Positions 1 through 8,331 of a stretch of 16,218 nucleotides of DNA are shown here, piece after piece. This DNA is from a bacterium (GTDB lineage: Bacteria; Hinthialibacterota; Hinthialibacteria; Hinthialibacterales; Hinthialibacteraceae): positions 1-16,218 of the forward strand of contig JBHGBC010000138.1 of NCBI GenBank assembly GCA_041946805.1, in the 5' to 3' direction. Below the pieces are notes generated by a model. It was not told where the DNA came from. It searched no databases and saw nothing but the letters and a program-made list of their open reading frames with translations. The position numbers and the translations under genes were made by a program. Positions within the stretch are counted from its first letter, which is position 1; each line of letters opens with the position of its first letter.

Positions 1-2
1 AT

Positions 3-46
3 AGGCTTTCCCTCACCCTAACCCTCTCCCAGAGGGAGAGGGGATT
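3..46 (+). repeat. REP-like palindromic repeat (CCCTCACCCTAACCCTCTCCC-nnn-GGGAGAGGG type), copy 1
   Basis: aggctttccctcaccctaaccctctcccagagggagagggg; perfect 9-bp stem ccctctccc(22-30)/gggagaggg(34-42). Three further copies in the window. Confidence 0.85.
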
Positions 47-177
47 ACTTCGATCACCATTTTCCCAGTGCGTTGCCGTGCCATTCGATATGCAATCTCA
101 ACCGAACCAAAGCGGTAGAAGGAATTATGGATTAAACGCCGCGCGCTCATCGATCTTGCATTTGGTGGATCACCGGG

Positions 178-1065
178 TCACGCCGTGCCGATGCGTTTGA
201 TGCTGTCGTCGACTTCCTCGAGGCTGAGCATGCCGATGGTCATGGCGTCCACCAGGTCATTGCGCAGCACGTACTTCAGGGACGCGTCTTTCTCGCCGGG
301 CTTCACCAGGGTGCCTTCGCCGAAGATTTTCATGCCGACGACCGCCTTGCCGTTGGCCCGGGCCAGTTTGATGGTCTTCGAGATTTCCTCCGGCGAGCCG
401 TCCATTTTGTTGCCGGCGTGGTTGATGCGGGCGAAGATGAGATCGACCCAGGGGTGTTCGGCGGCGATCTTCAGCGCGCCGTGATCGTGGCAGGAAACGC
501 CGCAGGCGCGCACCGCACCCTTTTCTTTGAGCTCCGAAAATTCATCGCGCGCGCGTTCGCAATCGTCCGCCCATTTGGAATCCGTCACGCAATGCAGCAG
601 GCAGACGTCGATCATGTCCGTGCCGAGTTCCTTGCGGAAGCGGTCGATTTCCACCTTCGCCCCGCCCGAGTACGGATTCCAATCAGAACGGCGGAACCAC
701 AATTTGGTCAGCAGCACGTACTGGTCCCGGGGGATGCCCGCCAGGGCGTTTTTCATGAAGGGATGCGAGCCGTAGAGATCGGCCATGTCGAAGAAGTTGA
801 GGCCGTTGTCGAAACCATGACGGATGAGCTCGGTGAACTTTTTCTGGCCCAGCCGGGTGTGGTCGGATTCGCGCCGGCCGCCCCGCATGCCAGTGCCCAT
901 GGCCAGTCGTGAACTGACGATGCCGGTTTGGCCGAGTTGCACGCGGTCGGCGGCGCTGAACTTCGTCTGGCTCTCCGCCCAACTCCATGCCGGACCATAG
1001 GCCAACGCACCCGCTCCCGCCAGGGAGGTTTTCAAAAAATGCCGCCGGGTATGATTCGAGTTCAT
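178..1065 (-). CDS. Aldo/keto reductase family oxidoreductase with twin-arginine (Tat) signal peptide
   Basis: N-terminal TRRHFLK followed by a hydrophobic stretch and AWA. AKR motifs: LGQTGIVSSRLAMGT, GLNFFDMADLYG (Asp, Tyr), LLTKLW (Lys), LGTDMIDVCLLH (His), KGAVRACGVSCH. AGGAG RBS upstream. Confidence 0.92.
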   Translation of the reverse strand: MNSNHTRRHFLKTSLAGAGALAYGPAWSWAESQTKFSAADRVQLGQTGIVSSRLAMGTGMRGGRRESDHTRLGQKKFTELIRHGFDNGLNFFDMADLYGSHPFMKNALAGIPRDQYVLLTKLWFRRSDWNPYSGGAKVEIDRFRKELGTDMIDVCLLHCVTDSKWADDCERARDEFSELKEKGAVRACGVSCHDHGALKIAAEHPWVDLIFARINHAGNKMDGSPEEISKTIKLARANGKAVVGMKIFGEGTLVKPGEKDASLKYVLRNDLVDAMTIGMLSLEEVDDSIKRIGTA

Positions 1066-1358
1066 GGTTTTTTCTCTCCTTTTTCACGGCCTTCCCGGGA
1101 TCAGTCCGCCCGGGGCATCGCGGCCGTTTCCTGTCAACCGGATCGGAGCGCACCGTCCGCCGCGCCCGGGTCTTTCCGCCTCCGATGGAGCGAGGCGTGA
1201 GGTTATTAAACCAGATTTTCCAACCCATTGCAAAGACAAAGGCGAGTGGTGGGGGAATTTTGCCGAGACGGCCCTTGGCGTCCGCCGGGATCCTGGAGGG
1301 GATGGGATTCTGATCCCGTAAAAAAAATTCCCATCGAAACCTCTCTTGAAAATATCTT

Positions 1359-1386
1359 TGTAACAAACCACCCGGTTTCTCGTATC
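1359..1386 (+). promoter_or_regulatory. Putative ECF-sigma-dependent promoter
   Basis: TGTAAC(1359-1364)-16 nt-CGTATC(1381-1386) matches the general ECF AAC-N16-CGT pattern and lies ~120 nt upstream of the ECF sigma gene. Confidence 0.55.
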
Positions 1387-1505
1387 TTTACATGGAGAGG
1401 AAAACGACGGAGGTTGGAAGCACCTTATCGTTACCGACTCGGATTTGGCGCGGGCCGCAGGATATCAGGATATAAAGTTGAACTGATAGCCCCAGCAAAA
1501 ATTCC

Positions 1506-2069
1506 ATGGAACAGCCGCCGGTTCACTTGGAGCAACGCTTGCTGGCGGGCGATCCCGCCAGCTTCGACGACATCGTGGCCTGGTACGCGGGCGATGTTCT
1601 CCGTCTTGCCTGCCTTCTGCTGAAGAACCACGAAGAGGCCCAGGATGTGCTGCAAGAAGCGCTCATCCGGCTGGCGCGAGTGGTCAAGGCAGGGCAATTC
1701 CGCGCCCGCAATGGTTCCATCAAGGGTTTTCTGCTGACCGCCGCCCGCAACCTGTGCATTGACCGTTTGAAATCCCGTGTTTGGTTTCAATCCCTCGAGG
1801 AGGCGCCCGATCCGCCATCATCGCAGCTCGACCACCTTACACCCGACCGGGTGATGGATGAAATGCGCTTTCAGCAAGCCTTCGAGCAGGCCTTGCACCG
1901 TCTTACCGACACGCAGCGGACCATCCTGGTGCTGCGCGATCTCCAAGGCGAATCCTATGTGGAAATCGCCCGCTCCCTGAACTTGACCGTCAACGCGGTG
2001 ACGACTCATCTCTGCCGGGCACGGAGAACCTTGCGCCGCTGGTTGGCTCCCTTTGGAGAAATGCCATGA
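1506..2069 (+). CDS. ECF (sigma-70 family group 4) RNA polymerase sigma factor
   Basis: Region 2: AGDPASFDDIV...EEAQDVLQEALIR...FLLTAARNLCIDRLK. Region 4: ALHRLTDTQRTILVLRDLQGESYVEIARSLNLTVNAVTTHLCRARRTLR. Stop overlaps the next start (ATGA). Confidence 0.95.
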   Translation: MEQPPVHLEQRLLAGDPASFDDIVAWYAGDVLRLACLLLKNHEEAQDVLQEALIRLARVVKAGQFRARNGSIKGFLLTAARNLCIDRLKSRVWFQSLEEAPDPPSSQLDHLTPDRVMDEMRFQQAFEQALHRLTDTQRTILVLRDLQGESYVEIARSLNLTVNAVTTHLCRARRTLRRWLAPFGEMP

Positions 2070-2725
2070 ACGATCCGATTCCTGAACGCCGCGAACACGA
2101 TCTCTCGTCCCGCTTTGACCAGGGGAAAACCGTCCCCCGCGATGAGGTGGAGCAATCCGTGTTCGTTTTCTATGGCCGTGTGCGCGCGGGATTGCGCGGG
2201 CATTCGATTCCCCCCATCGACACCCGGCGGATGGCGGACGCGATGCGCCGGGCGATGGCGGAACAAGCGAAGACTGCGCCTATTTTTCAGTGGCCGTTCG
2301 CGCGTCCCCGCTTGGCATGGGCGGTTGCTCTTATGGCTATCGGGCTCTCCGCGGCATATCTGGCCTGGCCTCCGCAAAAAACGCCGGGGATCGATCCGAT
2401 ACGGGAAATCCGGTTGGTCAATCAATCCACATTCCGCGAGCAAAAAGTCATCGATGAACTGCACGCCCGGCTGCGCCAGGGCCGAAGGGTAAGGATTCCC
2501 CGGTCAAACCAAGCCATTCTGACGTTGGCCGACGGCTCGGTGACCACCTGCGCGCCCGGGACGGAACTGGCGGTGCGGTTCGACCGCGACCGCTGGATCA
2601 CGCTGGACCGGGGAGAAATATCCGTGAAGGCGGCCCACCTCGACGGATCCACCTTCACCGTGCAAACCCCGCTGGTGGACGTAGTCGCCGTGGGCACGGA
2701 ATTCGAGGTGGAGATTCTGAGGTAA
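2066..2725 (+). CDS. FecR-type transmembrane anti-sigma factor, C-terminally short
   Basis: 4-nt overlap with the sigma gene. One TM helix (LAWAVALMAIGLSAAYLAW). FecR motifs AILTLADGSVTTCAPGTEL, ITLDRGEISVKA, FTVQTPLVDVVAVGTEFEV, followed almost immediately by the stop. Confidence 0.88.
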   Translation: MNDPIPERREHDLSSRFDQGKTVPRDEVEQSVFVFYGRVRAGLRGHSIPPIDTRRMADAMRRAMAEQAKTAPIFQWPFARPRLAWAVALMAIGLSAAYLAWPPQKTPGIDPIREIRLVNQSTFREQKVIDELHARLRQGRRVRIPRSNQAILTLADGSVTTCAPGTELAVRFDRDRWITLDRGEISVKAAHLDGSTFTVQTPLVDVVAVGTEFEVEILR

Positions 2726-2790
2726 GGAAAAATAGGTCATGGCTTGTTGTACAGAACGAAATGATTCAAAACCGACGGCCGTATTTGGAT

Positions 2791-2831
2791 TCCCTCTCCC
2801 TCTGGGAGAGGGTCAGGGTGAGGGAAAGCCT
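2791..2831 (-). repeat. REP-like palindromic repeat, copy 2 (inverted relative to copy 1)
   Basis: Reverse complement aggctttccctcaccctgaccctctcccagagggagaggga is nearly identical to positions 3-43, including the aggcttt flank. Confidence 0.85.
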
Positions 2832-2907
2832 GGAAAGGGCGGAATTCATCCTTTCTCGGCAATAAAGTAATCCGTTACGAAATATTTAACGAAATACAGT
2901 CTTGGTT

Positions 2908-2956
2908 AAGCGCCAACGGCGCGCAAGAAGCTAGCCCAGGGCAACGCTCCGGGAAA
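2908..2956. repeat. Double-hairpin palindromic element (half of a REP/MITE-like unit)
   Basis: gcgcc-aac-ggcgc (2910-2922) followed by cccagggc-aac-gctccggg (2935-2953). A degenerate reverse-complement match (tttcccagtgcgttgccgtg) lies at 61-80. Confidence 0.5.
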
Positions 2957-2971
2957 TCATCCCCTGCTTCC

Positions 2972-3148
2972 AATCCCATAGGGATTGAATCTGAATAGCC
3001 GGGGGTGACAACCCCCGGTACCGTTCCTAATGGTATCGACCCAACGGGGTCGAATGAGGTATTCATCCCCTTCGGGATTGACGTTTTTCACTAACCGCAA
3101 CCGTAGGCTGTCGCCTACGGCTATTCACATGGATCCCCTGCGGGGATT
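2972..3148. mobile_element. ~177-bp non-coding element with long imperfect inverted arms, each made of smaller hairpins (MITE/REPIN-like)
   Basis: Left arm aatcccatagggattgaatctgaatagccgggggtgacaacccccgg (2972-3018) versus reverse complement of right arm aatccccgcaggggatccatgtgaatagccgtaggcgacagcctacgg (3101-3148). Inner hairpins tcgaccc..gggtcga (3036-3052) and atccc..gggat (3065-3078). No transposase in the window, so mobility is inferred. Confidence 0.6.
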
Positions 3149-3236
3149 CAAATCAGGGAGAACCATACAAACCAATATCATTGCTCCCTCTTCAGCGGGG
3201 ATGATCTTGCACAAAAAAATACATAGGAGACCTCTC

Positions 3237-6200
3237 ATGCGTGCCTGGATCGCAGTCGCGGGATTTTTGTTCATCGTGGCCGTGATTGGAGTAACGGTCT
3301 ATTTCGGTGGTGAGACTTCCACGGATGACGCCGTCAAAGGCGTGCGCGTCTCGGTCGCGTCCGGTGAAGTCCTGGTTAAAAACGGAACCGCGGCGAAAAA
3401 CCTCCGCGGCGGGGAGGAACTGCATGCCTCCGCGGATGGCTCCCTGACTACCTCCGGGCAGCGGGCTGGGAGTGGGAATATATCGTCGGCCTCGGAATCC
3501 GGCGAAGACCTGTCGATGGCCGCGAAGGCGGACGGGACGGAGATCACGGCCGCCACCCCCGCGCAATTTTGGGTCACCGGCTATTCCCGCCTCGAAGACA
3601 AGACACCGCTCGCGGGAACCCAGATCAGCGCCTACTCCCGCCTTCCCGGGAAACCCAAACATCAACTCCTGCTCTCCACCGCGACCAACGAGGAAGGCTA
3701 TTACGCCATCGATCTGCAAAACACGGGGAGGTTTTATCTCCTGGCCGTTCCCCGGGAGGAACTCACCGAGGAGGCCGCCTACTTGACCTTCGAAGCCACC
3801 GAGACGGCCCTCACCCAGGACTTTGTCCACCGCCCGGCGGGATTGTCCATGAAAGGCCGCGTGGTGAACGCCGAAACCGATGAGCCCATCGAGGGCGCGG
3901 AAGTCCAACTGCAATTGAATCCAATCACCGTCATGAATGTAGAACGTCCCAAACCGTCCGGGATCTCCGGGGCGGATGGATCGTTTGTCATCCGCCGCGT
4001 GGCGGAGGGGAGTTACAACGTCCAGGCCACCGCCAAGGGTTTCATGGATAACAATCCCCGGCCTTGGGAAGATTCCAGTGATCCGCTTGGGAATGTTCAA
4101 GTCAATACCAATACCCAGAACAACGAGGTGCTGGTGAAAATGAAGCCGGGCGCCTCGGTGATCGTGCGCTGTGTTGACAACAACCAAAAGCCGGTCGCGC
4201 AGGCCCGGGTGGAAGTGGTCATGCGCGACGTGGATTTCTCCGCCTCCAGCCTCGGCTATACCGATGAAAAGGGCGAATGGCGCACCGATTCGGCGGCCAA
4301 GGGCAAGGCCGTGGTGGTTGCCAAGAAGGAATCCCTCGCCACCACCACCAGCGAGGTGTTCGAAACCGGCACGCTCGAGGATCCCGCCGAGGTCGAAATC
4401 ACGCTGGGCGAACCGGGATCCATTTCCGGAACGGTGTCCTACAAGGATGGGAGGCCGGCCAACCGGCACATTGTCTTTGCCTTCAACCGCACATTGAAAG
4501 GCCTCATCGGCCGTGACGGTATTATTTCGTACTCGACCGGCAATACCAACGAGATCGGCTACTACGAAATCAAGGACCTGGGGCCGGCGGAGTATTTAGT
4601 CCGCGTCAATGAACGCAACGAGCAAGGCGGTTACAGCAACCAGGATAAAAACGTGAGTAAAAGCCTTACCCTGAAGGCGGGGGAATCCCGTACTGATGTG
4701 AATTTCGTCCTGGACGCCGGCGAGGACCACGAAATCGTGCGGGGGAAGGTTGTCGATCAAACCGGCAAGCCGCTGCCGGATATCCGGGTGATGGTCCATA
4801 TCCAGGATAGCTCCTTGCCTCCCGAAAGGCGCACCTTCAAAACCGGCAACACCAACGAGGTCGGTGAGTTTGAAATCGGCGGGCTGCCCAAGGTTTCCAA
4901 ATTCACCGTCTCCGTCTGGGCGGACGGGTACAAAAAGTTCATGAAGGAGTTCAACATGGACGGCGCGCCCGTCCTGATTACCCTGGAAGGCGGAGGCAAT
5001 ATCGCGGGCGTGGTGATCGCCAAGGATTCGCGCGCGCCGGTGGGCGGCGCGCAACTCGTGCTACGCTGCCTGACCGATCTCAATTACCAATCCCCGGGAA
5101 CCGCCACGAACGCCGAGGGGCAATTCAAATTCGAAAATCTCGCGCCGGGCATCTATCTGGCCGAAGCGTCCGCCAAAAAATACGTCAAGGCGCAAAGCGC
5201 GCAAATGGCCGTGGAAACCGGGAAAAACATCGAGGACGCCGTCATCGAGATGGAGTCCGGCCTGACCTTCACCGGCCGCCTGATCGATCCCCAGGGCCGC
5301 CCCGTGGCGGGCGCGAATGTGGGCCTTTTGTCCTACCGGTCTCAAGCATACCGGCCGATTGGCATGCTCCGGCAAGCCGAGGAGATCCCCAACAGCGTGA
5401 TCTCCGACGGCGAAGGCGTTTTCCGCGTGGCGATCGACGCCCAGAAAGGTGATACACTGATCATCCGCCCCGCCGCGCTCGCCCCGCGCCTCGTGCCCGT
5501 TTCTCCGGACGCGGCTTCACCGGAGCCGGTCCCGATTCCTCTCACTCCGGGCGGCATGGTGGAAGGCACGGTGTGGGATGCCCATGGACAGCCCGCTGCG
5601 AATGCCCAGATCGGCGTATTCGACGATCCCCAGCAGTTCTTCCCGCAAACCGCGTCAACGGATGACCAGGGCCGCTACCGCTTCGAGCATGTCCCCGCCG
5701 GATCCATGATGGTTCTGAAATACAGCGCGGGCGGCTCAGGGGAAAGCGATTACAAGCGGGCGGCGGTCGTGGAAAACCAAAGCATCACGGTGAACTTCGG
5801 GGGCGAAGGCGCGGTGATTCACGGCACGGTCACGCGCGGCGGGCAGATCGTCTCCGGCGCGCCGGTGCTGTTGACGAGTAAGTACGGACGGCAATATCAG
5901 CAATTCACGGCGACGGGCGAAGACGGGAGTTATGAATTCAAGGGCGTCGATGAGGGCGAATACCAAATCGTTTTCGCCGCCACGGCCGGATCGGACCGCC
6001 TGACTCCCTATTCCGCCGACGGCATGCGCGATCTGGCGGTCACCCGCGAGCAGAAGGATTACCTGATGAACCTGGTGGTTTTCATCCGCGAGGTGGCCGG
6101 CAAGACCGTGGACGCGCAAACCGGCCAGCCGGTTCCCTGGGCGGACATCCGCCCGCTGATCCCCGACGTCAACCAATACGACGCGATGGCCTACCCCAGC

Positions 6201-6941
6201 CCCACCAAGAGCACGGAAGACGGCTCGTTCAAGCTGGTCTTGCGCAAACCGGGGACCTATACCTTGGTGGCCTCCAAATCGGGCTATACCAACGAGCATT
6301 TCGAGATCGTCCACTCCGAGGAGGAGGTCATCGGCGGAGTCAACGAACCGATCTCCGTGGAAGTGCGGATGACCTCATCCGAAAACGCGGTCGACGCCTT
6401 CCTCACGTTTAACGGCCGCCCGGTCAATCCCGAGCAAATTGAGATCATGACCTTCGCGGGGGGCGTGCAGGCGTTCCCGTATGAAGCCGATCCCGAACAG
6501 CCGGGCCTTTACCACATCACCGGACTGCCCGCCGGCCCCGTGAGCCTGCTGATCTACGCGTTGTGGAACGATCATGCCCTCATGGCGTTTCCCGATCCTG
6601 TCGCCGCGCAGCCCGGTCAGACTCTGAGCCTGCCGGTTAATCTAACGGAAATGATCAGTTATCAGCTGATGCTCAACACTCCGGACGGCTCGCCCCTGCC
6701 TTCGGACGCGTCCACCTACCATTTTGAAATCCCCGAGTATCCCCGCTTTGCCAACGCGCCCCTGGGAGTGACCAGCACCGGGGACTTGCGGTACTACACG
6801 CTCTCCGTCCCCGCGGGCCCCACCCGGGTAATTCTGAAAGTGCGGGGCTACCGGCCCATCGACTTCATCCCCGCCGCCATCGCCGAACCCTACTACCTCC
6901 CCCGCATCATGAAGGTGACGATGAATTTGGAGCGGGAATGA
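3237..6941 (+). CDS. Large membrane-anchored/exported protein with ~10-12 tandem carboxypeptidase-regulatory-like (transthyretin-like beta-sandwich) domains and an N-terminal FecR-like fragment
   Basis: Start moved to ATG 3237 (AGGAGA at 3225-3230; followed by hydrophobic MRAWIAVAGFLFIVAVIGVTVYF), giving 1234 aa. Recurrent G-x-V-x-D..G-x-P-[VL]-x-x-A-x-V ... T-[DN]-x-x-G-x-[FY] units, e.g. RGKVVDQTGKPLPDIRV...TNEVGEFEI, TGRLIDPQGRPVAGANV...SDGEGVFRV, EGTVWDAHGQPAANAQI...TDDQGRYRF. Confidence 0.88.
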   Translation: MRAWIAVAGFLFIVAVIGVTVYFGGETSTDDAVKGVRVSVASGEVLVKNGTAAKNLRGGEELHASADGSLTTSGQRAGSGNISSASESGEDLSMAAKADGTEITAATPAQFWVTGYSRLEDKTPLAGTQISAYSRLPGKPKHQLLLSTATNEEGYYAIDLQNTGRFYLLAVPREELTEEAAYLTFEATETALTQDFVHRPAGLSMKGRVVNAETDEPIEGAEVQLQLNPITVMNVERPKPSGISGADGSFVIRRVAEGSYNVQATAKGFMDNNPRPWEDSSDPLGNVQVNTNTQNNEVLVKMKPGASVIVRCVDNNQKPVAQARVEVVMRDVDFSASSLGYTDEKGEWRTDSAAKGKAVVVAKKESLATTTSEVFETGTLEDPAEVEITLGEPGSISGTVSYKDGRPANRHIVFAFNRTLKGLIGRDGIISYSTGNTNEIGYYEIKDLGPAEYLVRVNERNEQGGYSNQDKNVSKSLTLKAGESRTDVNFVLDAGEDHEIVRGKVVDQTGKPLPDIRVMVHIQDSSLPPERRTFKTGNTNEVGEFEIGGLPKVSKFTVSVWADGYKKFMKEFNMDGAPVLITLEGGGNIAGVVIAKDSRAPVGGAQLVLRCLTDLNYQSPGTATNAEGQFKFENLAPGIYLAEASAKKYVKAQSAQMAVETGKNIEDAVIEMESGLTFTGRLIDPQGRPVAGANVGLLSYRSQAYRPIGMLRQAEEIPNSVISDGEGVFRVAIDAQKGDTLIIRPAALAPRLVPVSPDAASPEPVPIPLTPGGMVEGTVWDAHGQPAANAQIGVFDDPQQFFPQTASTDDQGRYRFEHVPAGSMMVLKYSAGGSGESDYKRAAVVENQSITVNFGGEGAVIHGTVTRGGQIVSGAPVLLTSKYGRQYQQFTATGEDGSYEFKGVDEGEYQIVFAATAGSDRLTPYSADGMRDLAVTREQKDYLMNLVVFIREVAGKTVDAQTGQPVPWADIRPLIPDVNQYDAMAYPSPTKSTEDGSFKLVLRKPGTYTLVASKSGYTNEHFEIVHSEEEVIGGVNEPISVEVRMTSSENAVDAFLTFNGRPVNPEQIEIMTFAGGVQAFPYEADPEQPGLYHITGLPAGPVSLLIYALWNDHALMAFPDPVAAQPGQTLSLPVNLTEMISYQLMLNTPDGSPLPSDASTYHFEIPEYPRFANAPLGVTSTGDLRYYTLSVPAGPTRVILKVRGYRPIDFIPAAIAEPYYLPRIMKVTMNLERE

Positions 6942-6991
6942 AAAACATCGTGCAGGTATTATCAAATCACACGGACCGGAAAGATCCACTC

Positions 6992-7028
6992 AATCCCCTC
7001 TCCCACTGGGAGAGGGTGAGGGTGAGGG
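6992..7028 (-). repeat. REP-like palindromic repeat, copy 3, between convergent genes
   Basis: aatcccctctcccactgggagagggtgagggtgaggg; same 9-bp stem with a different 3-nt loop. Confidence 0.85.
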
Positions 7029-7071
7029 TGTTCTGATTAGGGGTGGATCTATCATTCCGCCTGGCGGTCAA

Positions 7072-8070
7072 TCAAAACTTGTTGTCTCCATCGAGCAGGT
7101 TCCCCAGGCCGCCGAGGAGGGAGCCTTCCTCCCGGCTGCCTCCCCGCCGCGGGGCGGCCGCCAGCATGCGTCCCGCCAGCCGCGAGAAGGGCAGGGATTG
7201 GAGCCAGATTTTCCCCGGCCCTTGCATGGTGGCGAAGAACAGCCCCTCGCCGCCGAACAGCATGGACTTGATCCCTCCCGCCTGTCGGATATCGAACTGC
7301 ACCGACGGTTCAAAGGCCACCACGCAGCCGGTGTCGACGTGCAGTTCCTCGCCCCGTTCCAGCACGCGCTCCACCACCGTTCCGCCCGCGTGCATGAAGA
7401 CCATGCCGTCGCCCTCCAGTTTCTGCATGATGAAGCCCTCGCCGCCGAACAGCCCGGTCAGGATCTTGCGTTGGAAATAAATCCCGATCGATACTCCCTT
7501 GGCCGCGCACAGAAAACTGTCCTTTTGGCAGATCAGGCACCCGCCGATGTTGGCCAGCGTCACGGGCAGAATGTTGCCGGGATACGGCGCGCCGAAGGCC
7601 ACGCGCCCTTTCCCCTGGCCGGTGTGAGTGAAGACCGTCATGAACAGGCTCTCGCCCGTCAGCAGCCGTTTGCCCGCGCCCAACAGTTTGCCCATGAAAC
7701 CGGAACCTCCGCCCGCCGAGCCGTCTCCGAACACGGTGTGCATCTCAATGGTGCTGTCCTTGTACATCATCGCGCCCGCTTCCGAGACCGCGCTTTCCCC
7801 CGGATCCAGTTCGATCTCCACAAACTGCATCTCCGTCCCGAAAATCTTGAAATCGATGTCGTCCGCCACCTTGACCGCCGCCGGGGGCGGGACCGGGATT
7901 TTGCCGGCTGACGGCGGGCGCAATTCCGCCACCTGCGCGATCGGCACCCATTCGGGAAATCCCTCGCTCCAGGCATGCCCGTTGGGATTGGCTTGTGCGC
8001 GCTCGATGGCCTGGTTCAGATCCATCGGCCCGGTCTGCTGCCCTCCAAAACTCAAATACCATTGCGACAT
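7072..8070 (-). CDS. TIGR00266/AIM24 family protein with N-terminal GYF_2 (DUF4339) domain
   Basis: N-terminal WYLSFGGQQTGPM...AWSEGFPEWVPIAQVAEL (GYF_2), Pro-rich linker, then IDFKIFGTEMQFVEIELDPGESAVSEAGAMMY...KRLLTGESLF...LFGGEGFIMQKLEGDG...GPGKIWLQSLPFSRLA (AIM24). AAGGAG RBS. Confidence 0.92.
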   Translation of the reverse strand: MSQWYLSFGGQQTGPMDLNQAIERAQANPNGHAWSEGFPEWVPIAQVAELRPPSAGKIPVPPPAAVKVADDIDFKIFGTEMQFVEIELDPGESAVSEAGAMMYKDSTIEMHTVFGDGSAGGGSGFMGKLLGAGKRLLTGESLFMTVFTHTGQGKGRVAFGAPYPGNILPVTLANIGGCLICQKDSFLCAAKGVSIGIYFQRKILTGLFGGEGFIMQKLEGDGMVFMHAGGTVVERVLERGEELHVDTGCVVAFEPSVQFDIRQAGGIKSMLFGGEGLFFATMQGPGKIWLQSLPFSRLAGRMLAAAPRRGGSREEGSLLGGLGNLLDGDNKF

Positions 8071-8300
8071 GGGTGTTCTCCTTTATGTGTCATCCGGTAC
8101 ATGCTCCCGTATTATTCCTAATGTTCGCGTGTTCTTCAATCGGGCCGGCCGGAAAAACCAGAAGGTGAGCGATACTCTAGGAACCGCGTGCTACTCTTGC
8201 AATCCAGTGAATTTCTTCGCGTGACATAATCTTTTTTTACGGTTCATCCGAGATGTGAGTACATAATGAGGTAAAAACGATTTCATTCACGCCGGGATGA

Positions 8301-8325
8301 GGGCGGACACCAAGGTCCACCCCAC
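8301..8325 (-). repeat. GTRG-type REP palindrome
   Basis: Minus strand gtggggtggaccttggtgtccgccc: GTGG tetranucleotide plus a GC-rich imperfect hairpin, the layout of RAYT-associated REPs. Single copy in the window. Confidence 0.5.
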
Positions 8326-8331
8326 AAAAAA

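Noticed and set aside
3..2831. Composite transposon bounded by inverted repeat copies 1 and 2
   Set aside because: No transposase, the same repeat recurs elsewhere, and no target duplication can be assessed at the window edge.
2739..2870. 43-aa ORF MACCTERND... with AAGGA upstream, right after the anti-sigma stop
   Set aside because: Much of it is the translated REP-like repeat (PLPLGEGQGEG), and it does not continue the FecR motif.
3030..3236. 69-aa N-terminal extension of the 1303-aa ORF in the ORF track
   Set aside because: It runs through the palindromic element; ATG 3237 has a clear RBS and places the hydrophobic anchor at the N-terminus.
3192..4469. Long antisense and alternate-frame ORFs (e.g. 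3192-4469, 9301-10269, 12603-13529)
   Set aside because: Shadow ORFs of GC-rich genes on the opposite strand, with no recognisable motifs.
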